From NCBI GenBank assembly GCA_963733035.1, contig CAVTBU010000005.1, positions 1,280,001 to 1,344,000 on the forward strand: DNA of 64,000 nucleotides, written 5' to 3'. Position 1 is the first letter of the stretch. Each line of letters starts with the position of its first letter. Source of the stretch: Pirellulales bacterium. GTDB taxonomy: Bacteria > Planctomycetota > Planctomycetia > Pirellulales > PALSA-1355. The notes under the pieces are model-generated. The model ran no database searches and was not told the DNA's origin. It saw only the letters and a list, made by a program, of their open reading frames with translations. Positions 46,691 to 55,637 of the stretch are shown here, one piece after another. The position numbers were made by a program, and so were the translations under genes.

Positions 46691-47644
46691 GTGAATCGCG
46701 ATTTTTGGCATGGTAAACGGATCCTGGTGACGGGTGGTTGCGGATTTGTCGGTCGCTGGGTGTGCCGAGCGCTCAAGCCCGCGGAGGTCGAGTTGCATAT
46801 CCTCGACCTGGCGCCGTCGGCTCATCTGGAAGAAAAACACACCTTTCATAAGACCGACTTGCGAGATCTGCAGGCCACGACCGCGCTCATCGACCAGATG
46901 AAGCCCGCCGCGATCATTCACCTGGCGGGCCAACCGGGAGTCGGCTCGTCGCACAACAACCCCGTGGGCGCCTACGAGGCAAACGTGCTGGCAACGTTTA
47001 ATCTCTTGGAAGCCTGCCGCGTCAAGCCGGGCGTGGAAGCCATCGTGGCCGTCTCCAGCAATCACGTTTATGGACAGCAACACAAACTTCCCACGCCCGA
47101 GGACGCGCCCCTCAATGGCGACGGCATGTACGCCGCATCGAAGCTGGCCGGCGACGTGCTGGCCCGGGCCTACGGCAAGACCTACCAGGTTCCCGTGGGC
47201 ATCGCGCGGATGACCAACTCCTACGGAGGCGACGATCACCACGTGGCTCACATCACCACGGCTACCTTACTTTCAGCGCTCAAGAACCAGCGCCCGGTCA
47301 TCAAACAGAGCGGCCGCGACTTGAAGGGCTATCTCTACATTGAGGACACGGCCGAGGGATTGCTGGCCGTGGCCGAAGGCGTGGCCGGGAAGCCAAACCT
47401 GCGCGGCGAGGCGTTCAACCTCGTGCCCAATGAAGCCGTGACGGTAATCGACCTGGTGCGCACGGTGCTCGACGTGGCGGGTTCCAAGCTGGAGCCCGAG
47501 ATTCTCAATCCGGGGGCCCACTACGAGGAAGAACATCTAGACAACACCAAAGCGCGAGAATTGCTGGGGTGGACGCCGGCCCACAATCTGCGGGCCGGTC
47601 TTCAGAAAACCCTCGCGTGGTATCGCGCGCACGGGCAAGCTTAG
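46691..47644 (+). CDS. NAD-dependent sugar epimerase/dehydratase (extended SDR, RfbG-like N-terminus)
   Basis: FWHGKRILVTGGCGFVG, HLAGQ and YAASK motifs. Confidence 0.88.
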   Translation: MNRDFWHGKRILVTGGCGFVGRWVCRALKPAEVELHILDLAPSAHLEEKHTFHKTDLRDLQATTALIDQMKPAAIIHLAGQPGVGSSHNNPVGAYEANVLATFNLLEACRVKPGVEAIVAVSSNHVYGQQHKLPTPEDAPLNGDGMYAASKLAGDVLARAYGKTYQVPVGIARMTNSYGGDDHHVAHITTATLLSALKNQRPVIKQSGRDLKGYLYIEDTAEGLLAVAEGVAGKPNLRGEAFNLVPNEAVTVIDLVRTVLDVAGSKLEPEILNPGAHYEEEHLDNTKARELLGWTPAHNLRAGLQKTLAWYRAHGQA

Positions 47645-47704
47645 GATCTCTTACACGCTCAATTCTGATCCGCGCCCGATTGCTAAAGGCGTTGTGATCA
47701 AAGC

Positions 47705-49219
47705 ATGCTGAAGAAACTACTCAACCTGCTCTCCGACGCCTCGGTATACGGCCTCAGCTCGATGCTGGCCCGCATCGTGCAGTTCGTGCTGTTGCCGATC
47801 CTGACGAGATACCTCACGACCGCGGATTACGGCACGGTCTTCATGCTGTCGATTTTGTCGACGCTGTTCGGGCCGCTGTCGAACCTGGGCATGACCAATG
47901 CCTTATTCCGGCGTTACAACCTCGACAAGGATCCGGCGAGCCGATCGGAGCTTTTCGCCACCGCGCTAGCCAGCGTCACCATTGGCTCGGTGGTCTTAAT
48001 GCTAATCTGCATGGTTTTCGCCGGACCACTGTCGACCATGCTGCTCGGAAACGCGACGGGGGCCGGCTACGTACGTGTCAGCTTGCTAACCGCCGCCATT
48101 GCCTCGGTCGGGCAGGTACCCTTCGTCACGCTGCGAGCCGCGCGACGAGTCAAAACGGCGGCCGCCATCAATCTTGCCAAGCTGCTGATTTCCGTATCGG
48201 TGACGTTGTGGCTGGTGGTCGTGCTCGAAGCAGGCGTTTGGGGTGTGCTGTTCGGTACGCTCGTTGGCGAAACAAGCGTGCTGCTGGCTCAACTGGCGCT
48301 GACTTTTCGCTCGTTCCTTGCCAAGGCAACCTGGTCTGCTTGGAAGCGAATGTCGTCCTACGGGTTGCCGTTTGTTCCGCATCGAATTCAGGCGGCGGGC
48401 ATCGAGTTGTTTGGGATCTATATGGTTGGCGAAATGCTCGGATTGCAGGCGACCGGCATCTACGGCACCGCCGTGAAACTCGCAGCTCCGGTGACGTTTG
48501 TCGTCGGTGCGATCCAAGCCTCTTGGGTACCCTACAAGTTTCAGATCCATGCCGAAGATCCCAATCCGGCCTCCTTTTTCCAATCCAGCTTTCTCTACTA
48601 CATCGCCGGACTTTCCTACCTGTGGGTGGGCGTTTCGCTGTGGGGCCCCGACGTGGTGCGACTGATGACCGCACCCGAGTACCACGCCGCCACGCACTTG
48701 GTTTGGGCCGTGGCACTCATTCCCGTCTCACAGGGAATTTATTTCATGTGCAGCACGGGAATCGAGCTGAGCGAAGATACGCGGACCTTCCCGCTGGTCA
48801 GCTTGGCTGGCTTGATCGTTGTGGTGACTGGCGCGTTTGCCCTCGTACCGCTGCTGGGCGCCCTGGGTGCGGCATTGGCTACCGTGTCTGGCTGGATCAC
48901 GATGTCGAGCGTGGTTTTCGTGCTTTCGCAGCGACGCTTCCGCATTCATTACGACTGGCCCACGGTGTTCATGTTTATCGCCTTGGCCGCGGCCTTCGTC
49001 GTCGCAGGCATGAACATTCAGGAGCAGTCGCTCGTTCTGCGGTTGGGGTCGCTAACACTGCTCTCGCTATTCTATCCGGTGGTTGGATATTTGTTCCTGC
49101 TACGTTCGCGGCATGAACGCGAACGCATGTCGCTGCTGGCGGCTCGATTGAGAACCGTGCCTGCGCTTGTCAGAGGAATACCAAAACGTCTACGTGGGTC
49201 CGGAGACACCGCTCCATGA
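47705..49219 (+). CDS. wzx: Wzx oligosaccharide flippase
   Basis: About 14 hydrophobic segments; LLPILTRYLTTADYG N-terminal pattern. Confidence 0.88.
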   Translation: MLKKLLNLLSDASVYGLSSMLARIVQFVLLPILTRYLTTADYGTVFMLSILSTLFGPLSNLGMTNALFRRYNLDKDPASRSELFATALASVTIGSVVLMLICMVFAGPLSTMLLGNATGAGYVRVSLLTAAIASVGQVPFVTLRAARRVKTAAAINLAKLLISVSVTLWLVVVLEAGVWGVLFGTLVGETSVLLAQLALTFRSFLAKATWSAWKRMSSYGLPFVPHRIQAAGIELFGIYMVGEMLGLQATGIYGTAVKLAAPVTFVVGAIQASWVPYKFQIHAEDPNPASFFQSSFLYYIAGLSYLWVGVSLWGPDVVRLMTAPEYHAATHLVWAVALIPVSQGIYFMCSTGIELSEDTRTFPLVSLAGLIVVVTGAFALVPLLGALGAALATVSGWITMSSVVFVLSQRRFRIHYDWPTVFMFIALAAAFVVAGMNIQEQSLVLRLGSLTLLSLFYPVVGYLFLLRSRHERERMSLLAARLRTVPALVRGIPKRLRGSGDTAP

Positions 49220-49851
49220 GGCTTGTATTTCGCGCCCTCCGCGGGCTGCTGGTGCGGCCGATTCGCGAAAAATATCTGTTCTGGGAGGTCGTCACGGAAC
49301 TCGAAAGTCTGGCCAAGATCGGTCTGGGAGTAAATGTCAACGGCCCCGTACATTTCGGTAACCCACAGGGTACGACCCTGAGCGAGGACGTATCGATCAA
49401 CCCCGGCTTCGTATGCAAAGGAGGTGGCCGACTTCACATTGGCGCGCACGCGCATTTTGGCAACCAGGTGACTATTCTCACGCAAAACCATCGATACGAG
49501 GCCGCTGACTCACTTCCCTACGACAAGACAAGAATCAATAAGGGTGTTGTTATTGACGACTGCGTGTGGGTTGGCGAACGAGTGATGATTATTCCAGGCG
49601 TCCATGTGGGCGAAGGGGCGATTCTGGCGGGCGGTTCGGTCGTCACCCGCGACGTGCCGCCGTTGGCCATCGTCGGAGGGGCTCCGGCCCGGGTCATCCG
49701 CTACCGTGATCCCGAAGCCTATGAGTCGCTCAAAGCCGCCGGCCGCTTTGTCAATTGGCCTCGCGACTTCGACCTGGTTAATCGACGGCGAATCCAATTG
49801 CGTAGAACGCACGTGGACGAAAGCGCTACGCCACAGCATGGCTCCATCTGA
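49216..49851 (+). CDS. Left-handed beta-helix O-acyltransferase
   Basis: Hexapeptide repeats; IDDCVWVG...GVHVGEGAILAGGSVVTRDVP...GGAPAR. Confidence 0.9.
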   Translation: MRLVFRALRGLLVRPIREKYLFWEVVTELESLAKIGLGVNVNGPVHFGNPQGTTLSEDVSINPGFVCKGGGRLHIGAHAHFGNQVTILTQNHRYEAADSLPYDKTRINKGVVIDDCVWVGERVMIIPGVHVGEGAILAGGSVVTRDVPPLAIVGGAPARVIRYRDPEAYESLKAAGRFVNWPRDFDLVNRRRIQLRRTHVDESATPQHGSI

Positions 49852-51400
49852 TTCCCCAACAGCACCGGCGGGCTCGGCGGCAGTCAGCCACGAGGCCGTT
49901 CTCCGCTGGCTGGACAAGGCCCGAGTGTCCATGGCCGAGCAGCCGTTTGCGGAGCTCTTTGAATGTGCCAACGTCGATGCCATCGACGTCATGTTCGGGG
50001 AGCTCTATCTGGCGGTACTGGCCGCGGTGCGGCACGGCCCCGCACGTCCCCCGTCGCTGCCACGCCAGGCGATCGCTTCGGCACGCAACTGGGCCTATCA
50101 GGCCAAAATGACGTTGCGCGAAAGGGCCGCTTGCCGGCTGGCGACGCCTCCCACCGCGGCCGACTTTTTGCTCTGGTCGCGAGACTTTACCCATGCAAAT
50201 GTCCTCGTACCCGTGGCTCGGGCGCTGGCTTCGCAGGGCGCGAAATGCCAATGGCTGGCTTGTCAGCCGAGAGCGGTTGAGGAACTACTTAGTTGCGGCG
50301 TCCAGACAGCTTACACCGTGGCTGCGTGGCCGGAAGTCGCTCGTGCCGCGCGGCGCGCGGGAGCTCAACGGGCGCGGGAGTTGTCTCGCACCCAACACTG
50401 GAATCTGCCCGACTTCGACGAAGTGCCCGGCTCGAACCTCGAACATCCTCTCCGCGACGCGATCTGCACGATGCTGCCGATCGTCGCGGAAGCGGTGGCG
50501 AACTCGCAGGAAGCGCTTCGCCGCGTGCAACCCAAGGCCTTGATCGTGGGCAACGACCTAACCATCGAGGGACGCGCCGGCTGCCGCGTGGCCGAGACCC
50601 AAGGCGTGCGCACGGCCGTGTTCATGCACGGCTCGATCAGCGGCATACCAACCCAATCTCACCACTGCACCGACCGGATCTTCGTGTTTGGAGAATTTCA
50701 CCGCCACGAACTCCTCGAACGAGGAATCCCAGATCAACGAATCGTCGTGTGCGGCGACCCCAAGCTGGACGACCGCCAGCGGCAGACCGGCAAGATTCAC
50801 CCGCAGCTCAAGACCCGCTTCGGCCTGAGCGACGGCGCGCCTTGGATCCTCGTTGCCACCAGCGGGCCAGGGCATCGCGTGTCGCACCGACATCATGCGC
50901 AGATTGTGGCCGGCCTGTTCGATTTGGCCCGAGCAGTACCCGAGGTGCCGATTGTGGTGAAGCTGCATCGCAAGGATCGTCTCGAATACTATCAATCGCG
51001 CCTCGATTCCGCCGCTGATTCGCGTGTTCAGGTGGTACCGTTCGGAACGCCCGGCCTGCCATCCGACATTTTTGACTGGCTGCAGGGCTGCAGCCTGGTG
51101 CTGACCGGTGCGTCAACGACCGCGACCGAGGCAATGGTGATGGACGTTCCGGTGGTTACAATGGATTATTGTGGCGAGCTTTATCACATCGACTTCATCG
51201 ACGCCGGCGCGACGGTCCACGTGACGACTCCCGCCGAACTCGTGGCGGCCGTCCCGGACGTTCTTGCCAGCGGCCGGCTGCCCGACGCCACGGCGGCCCG
51301 CATGCAAGAATTCCTCAAAGGCACTTTCGGCGCTTTGGACGGCAAGTCGTCCGAGCGTGCCGCCAGCTCGCTCCGCGAGTTGGCTGGCATCGCACCATGA
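49838..51400 (+). CDS. GT-B-fold protein, candidate nonulosonic-acid transferase
   Basis: MHG, GDPKLD, VKLHR and STTATEAMVMDVPV match the pattern seen in CMP/CDP-donor GT-B enzymes; located in the NulO module. Confidence 0.55.
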   Translation: MAPSDSPTAPAGSAAVSHEAVLRWLDKARVSMAEQPFAELFECANVDAIDVMFGELYLAVLAAVRHGPARPPSLPRQAIASARNWAYQAKMTLRERAACRLATPPTAADFLLWSRDFTHANVLVPVARALASQGAKCQWLACQPRAVEELLSCGVQTAYTVAAWPEVARAARRAGAQRARELSRTQHWNLPDFDEVPGSNLEHPLRDAICTMLPIVAEAVANSQEALRRVQPKALIVGNDLTIEGRAGCRVAETQGVRTAVFMHGSISGIPTQSHHCTDRIFVFGEFHRHELLERGIPDQRIVVCGDPKLDDRQRQTGKIHPQLKTRFGLSDGAPWILVATSGPGHRVSHRHHAQIVAGLFDLARAVPEVPIVVKLHRKDRLEYYQSRLDSAADSRVQVVPFGTPGLPSDIFDWLQGCSLVLTGASTTATEAMVMDVPVVTMDYCGELYHIDFIDAGATVHVTTPAELVAAVPDVLASGRLPDATAARMQEFLKGTFGALDGKSSERAASSLRELAGIAP

Positions 51401-51449
51401 AACAATCAAATCCCTATCGACGGCGAGCACGGCTCGACTCGGCTGAACC

Positions 51450-53411
51450 ATGTGTGGCATTGTAGGACTTTGGAACATCGCAACGCCGCATCCGCTCGCC
51501 AACGTGAGCGCGATGTTGGATGCCATGCGGCACCGAGGGCCTGACGGTCGCGGTACCCTCGAATATGCCGGGGGCGCGGCCGGCATGGTGCGATTGGCGC
51601 TCGTCGATCTATCCGACCGTGGACAACAGCCCCTCTGGTCGGACGATCGCCGCGTGGCGATTCTGTACAACGGCGAAGTCTACAACTTCCGCACTGAGCG
51701 CAAGCGGCTGGAAGCCGCCGGCCATCGGTTCCGCACCGGCACCGATACCGAAGTCGTACTGCATCTTTATCTGGAGCACGGCCCCGACTTTCACAAGTAC
51801 CTGCGGGGAATGTACGCCCTGGCCTTGTTCGATTGGCGCAACACGACGCCCGAGGCCCTGCCAGAACTGCTCTTGGCTCGCGGCCCGCTAGGCGTCAAAC
51901 ACCTCTATGTCGCCAACCCTGGCGGCGACCGTCGGAGCGTGATTTTTTCCTCCGAGATTCGCGCTTTGCTGGCCTCGGGTTTGGTGCCGCGCGAAGTCGA
52001 TCAGCCGGCGGTGGCGGATTTCCTTTCGGTCGGGTTCGTGCCGCAACCGCAAACGCTAATCACCGGCGTGCGAATGCTCGAGCCCGGTGCGTTCGAGCAT
52101 TACATTCCGGGTCGAACGGAGGTATTCCGAAGATTTTGGCACATGCCTCCCTACGAGCCGCGGCAGGAGTCGTTCGACGATGCGGCGCAGCGCTTGCGCG
52201 CACTGCTCGACGAAAGCGTCAGGCTGCACTCCATGGCCGACGCGCCGGTCGGTGCATTTCTCTCGGGCGGCATCGACTCGACGGGCATCGTGGGCCTGAT
52301 GCGAAAGCACGTTCCCGACCTGAGAACCTACACGCTGAGATTTCCCGACGTCGCCGGCAGCGACGAGTCGGCCGAGGCCGAGGCCGCTGCCCGGAAGTTC
52401 GGCTGCCAGCAGACCACGGTCGACGTCACCGGACGCGACGTTGCCGAGATCTTGCCCCGCTTCGCCGGCGACATGGATCAACCCACCAAGGACGGCTTGA
52501 ACACGTATTTGGTTTCGCAGGCAGCGGCGCACGATGTGAAGGCCGTGCTTTCCGGTGTTGGCGGCGACGAATGGTTCGCCGGCTACCCGGTGGTGCGGCG
52601 CATGACGCGCTATGCCACGACACCCGGCGGTCGGCTGCAAGCCTTGGCCGGGTCGGCCGCCAATGTCGCCTTGCACGGCGTGCCGCAAGGCCGACTCCGT
52701 GAACGGCTGGAAACCTTGGCAACGCGGCGCAGCGCGCTTTCAACCTGGCTACAACCTCACACGGTGTTTCGTCCTTCGCTCGCTCGCCGGCTGGCCGGAA
52801 TCTCCCAGCAGGGGCGCTCGCTCGAAAGCAAGTTCGCCGAATTGCTTACCGAGGATTTCGGCGATTGGTCGAAAGAAACGCCGATCGGCCTGTCTTGTCT
52901 GCTCGATAGTCAGGTCTTCATGACGCATCAGCTGTTGCGCGACTCGGACGCGGCCAGCATGGCCCACTCACTCGAATTGCGCGTGCCGCTGGTCGACCTG
53001 GAGCTGGCCGCGTTTGCCCGCAGCTGCCGCGATGACTATCGACTGCGGCCCGACGGCGGCTCGAACGACCGCTATCACGGCAGTGGCGCCAAGCGCGTGC
53101 TGATTGCCGCCTTGCAAGATGTGTTGCCAGATTCGATCGCGGAGCGGCGTAAAAAGGGTTTTGCCTTGCCCTTCGAGAAATGGATGACGACGGACCTGGC
53201 GCCGTTGGTGGAGGATACTTGCGGGCAAGACAGCGTGCGGCGGCGCGGCCTGCTGGATCCCGCGGTCGTTTCACAGTTGCATGCGGCCGACCGGACGCGA
53301 ATGCCGGCCTATCCTTGCTTATGGACCGTGATGATGCTGGAATTGTGGTGTCGGGCCGTGATCGACACGGGCCGCAGCGAAATGCTTCCTCGCTCGGCAA
53401 TACGAGCCTAG
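51450..53411 (+). CDS. AsnB-like glutamine-dependent amidotransferase (polysaccharide amidation, WbpS-like)
   Basis: MCGI N-terminal Cys, HRGPD, NGEVYN, FLSGGIDS, SGVGGDE, SMAHSLELRVP and KKGF. Confidence 0.9.
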   Translation: MCGIVGLWNIATPHPLANVSAMLDAMRHRGPDGRGTLEYAGGAAGMVRLALVDLSDRGQQPLWSDDRRVAILYNGEVYNFRTERKRLEAAGHRFRTGTDTEVVLHLYLEHGPDFHKYLRGMYALALFDWRNTTPEALPELLLARGPLGVKHLYVANPGGDRRSVIFSSEIRALLASGLVPREVDQPAVADFLSVGFVPQPQTLITGVRMLEPGAFEHYIPGRTEVFRRFWHMPPYEPRQESFDDAAQRLRALLDESVRLHSMADAPVGAFLSGGIDSTGIVGLMRKHVPDLRTYTLRFPDVAGSDESAEAEAAARKFGCQQTTVDVTGRDVAEILPRFAGDMDQPTKDGLNTYLVSQAAAHDVKAVLSGVGGDEWFAGYPVVRRMTRYATTPGGRLQALAGSAANVALHGVPQGRLRERLETLATRRSALSTWLQPHTVFRPSLARRLAGISQQGRSLESKFAELLTEDFGDWSKETPIGLSCLLDSQVFMTHQLLRDSDAASMAHSLELRVPLVDLELAAFARSCRDDYRLRPDGGSNDRYHGSGAKRVLIAALQDVLPDSIAERRKKGFALPFEKWMTTDLAPLVEDTCGQDSVRRRGLLDPAVVSQLHAADRTRMPAYPCLWTVMMLELWCRAVIDTGRSEMLPRSAIRA

Positions 53412-53482
53412 ACGAAAGAGGACCAAGCCCTTTGGAGCGCAAGAACAACTCCTCGAATGGTGCGACACCCGTTAGCCCGCGG

Positions 53483-55168
53483 ATGTCGAAATCGCTAGCC
53501 GATACCGTGGTGCTGGTGCCCGCGGCCGGTCGGGTGGCTGAGGGCGTGATGGCGCTTTCGAACATTGGCTGCCCGGCGATGGTCCCCGTGGCCGGCCGAC
53601 CGGTCATTCACTGGACGCTCAGCTATCTCCGCTCGCTGGGTTTGCGGCGGTTCATGATTGCCGTGTCGCGACGGGGCATGTTCGTCGAGGATTTCGTCGA
53701 GTGCTCATTCGGCCAGGATTGCGAGATCACGTTCCTATTGCCTTCGGCCGATGGCGGCGTGGGTCGTACCGTGCTTGATCTGGCCCAGCAGGCAAGCGGC
53801 AATTCGGCACTTGTGGTCCTCGGCGACACGCACTTTCAGTTTGCCGACCCGGCGATTCTCGAGCGTGACGAGGCCGCGGTACTCGTCGACAATGTCGAGG
53901 ATTCCTATCGCTGGTGCACCGCCGAGACCGACGAGCAAGGCATGATCACCGCCTTGCACGACAAGGAGCCCGAACTGCCGGGCGTGCTCAAGGCCTTGAT
54001 TGGCGTTTACTACTTTCCATCCCTGCAAGAATTGGAAGCGGCAGCCAGCCAGGCCGTGGCGCAACACGAGCCGGCGGGCGAGCGCACGGAATTCGCCGAC
54101 ATTCTCAAGCTCGTCAACCAACAGCGGCCCATTCGCGCAGTGCAGGCCGGTGACTGGCTCGACTGCGGCAATCCCGACCGCCAAGCCAGCTCGCACCGTA
54201 CGCTCCTGCAAAAACGCGAATTCAATGAGCTATCGATCGACAGCGTCCTCGGCACGGTCACCAAACGCAGTCGCTACGTTGAAAAATTTCTGGACGAGAT
54301 CAACTACCTGCGGCTGCTGCCGCCCGAGTTGGCCGTGCTCTTCCCGCGCGTGCTCGGCTATTCGACCGATTGGCAAGACCCCTGGGTCACGCTCGAATAC
54401 TACGGCTATCCCACGCTGGCCGAGGCGTTCGTGTTCGAAAACGTCGATCCGGGGATCTGGGAACGCGTATTCGTGCATCTGCGCGATATCATCGTGCAGG
54501 GCTTCATGCGCCACCGCCGCCCCCTCTCGCCCGAGGTGCTCGAGGAAATGTATCTCGGCAAAACCCGCACCCGATTGGCGCGACTCGACGCACCGCCGGA
54601 ACTGCTTTCGCTAGTACGGCATGCGGGCCAGGTGACGATTAACGGCCGCGAGGTCGATAACCTGCCGCTGCTCTGGAACCGTTTGGAAGTCGACGTCGAG
54701 CGGCTGGCTGAAAACGTTCAGGGATGCGTTGTGCACGGTGACCTGTGCCTGTCGAACATTCTCTACGATCTTCGCTCTCGCGTCTGCAAGTTCATCGACC
54801 CTCGCGGCAGCTTCGGCACCGCCGGCATCTACGGGGATCCGCGATACGACGTGGCAAAGCTCTACCACTCGATCTACGGCTTGTACGACTTCATCACCAA
54901 CGATCTGTTTCACGTGGAGATCGCGGGCAACCGCGTCGAGTTGGATATTCGCTCCCGCCCACAACATCAGCAGATTCAAGAACGATTCGAAAAGGTATTC
55001 TTTGCCGACTTCGATCGACGGGAGATTCTCTTGATCACCGGCTTGCTGTTTGCCAGCATGCCGGCCTTGCACTACGACGCTCCGCGGCGGCAAATGGCGA
55101 TGTACGCCCGGGCGTTGCAATTGTTCGGCGAAGCCTACTCTCCATCCCCCACAGCCGAAACCGTTTGA
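53483..55168 (+). CDS. Nucleotidyltransferase-like domain fused to an APH/choline-kinase-like phosphotransferase
   Basis: VLVPAAG...PVAGRP, LGDT and WLDCG in the N-terminal half; REFN linker; HGDLCLSNIL, IDPRG and GDPRYDVAKL in the C-terminal half. Confidence 0.85.
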   Translation: MSKSLADTVVLVPAAGRVAEGVMALSNIGCPAMVPVAGRPVIHWTLSYLRSLGLRRFMIAVSRRGMFVEDFVECSFGQDCEITFLLPSADGGVGRTVLDLAQQASGNSALVVLGDTHFQFADPAILERDEAAVLVDNVEDSYRWCTAETDEQGMITALHDKEPELPGVLKALIGVYYFPSLQELEAAASQAVAQHEPAGERTEFADILKLVNQQRPIRAVQAGDWLDCGNPDRQASSHRTLLQKREFNELSIDSVLGTVTKRSRYVEKFLDEINYLRLLPPELAVLFPRVLGYSTDWQDPWVTLEYYGYPTLAEAFVFENVDPGIWERVFVHLRDIIVQGFMRHRRPLSPEVLEEMYLGKTRTRLARLDAPPELLSLVRHAGQVTINGREVDNLPLLWNRLEVDVERLAENVQGCVVHGDLCLSNILYDLRSRVCKFIDPRGSFGTAGIYGDPRYDVAKLYHSIYGLYDFITNDLFHVEIAGNRVELDIRSRPQHQQIQERFEKVFFADFDRREILLITGLLFASMPALHYDAPRRQMAMYARALQLFGEAYSPSPTAETV

Positions 55169-55178
55169 CAGGAGAACC

Positions 55179-55586
55179 ATGCGGATTTGCATCGACCTCG
55201 ATGGCGTGATTTGCCGACTGCGTGAACCGGGCCAAAACTATGCCGATCTGGAGCCCGTGCCGGGCGCCGTGGAGAAACTGCGACAACTGAAAGCGGCCGG
55301 GCATTATCTGATCATCAACACGGCCCGGCACATGAAGACTTGCGACGGCAATGTGGGGCGTGTGATTGCCAGGCAGGGCGCGGTCACGCTCGAATGGCTC
55401 TCGCGTCACGGCATCGAGTACGACGAAATTCACTTCGGCAAACCGCACGCTCAAATCTATCTCGACGACAACGCCATCCGCTTTTCCTCGTGGGATGCGA
55501 TCGCGGGCGATGGTTCCAGCTTTCCCCTCAGCACCGAACAGCAACAAGCCACACAGCACGATCGCGTCGATGCGGCCAAGCAATAA
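55179..55586 (+). CDS. Small HAD phosphatase, capsule-biosynthesis EcbF/BcbF type
   Basis: GGAG RBS; IDLDGVI, TARHM, YDEIHFGKP and YLDD. Confidence 0.85.
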   Translation: MRICIDLDGVICRLREPGQNYADLEPVPGAVEKLRQLKAAGHYLIINTARHMKTCDGNVGRVIARQGAVTLEWLSRHGIEYDEIHFGKPHAQIYLDDNAIRFSSWDAIAGDGSSFPLSTEQQQATQHDRVDAAKQ

Positions 55587-55637
55587 CCGAAACACGCTTG
55601 AGCTCGTGGCCAAGTACGTCGCTCCACGGAACGCGAA

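Noticed and set aside
40633..47644. Standard legionaminic or pseudaminic acid pathway
   Set aside because: No LegG/NeuC or PseG-type enzyme is visible, and the fused phosphatase and SAF-less synthase do not fit 9-deoxy diamino sugars. The PglF-like and DegT enzymes more likely make the initiating sugar. Cannot be fully excluded because the cluster is truncated.
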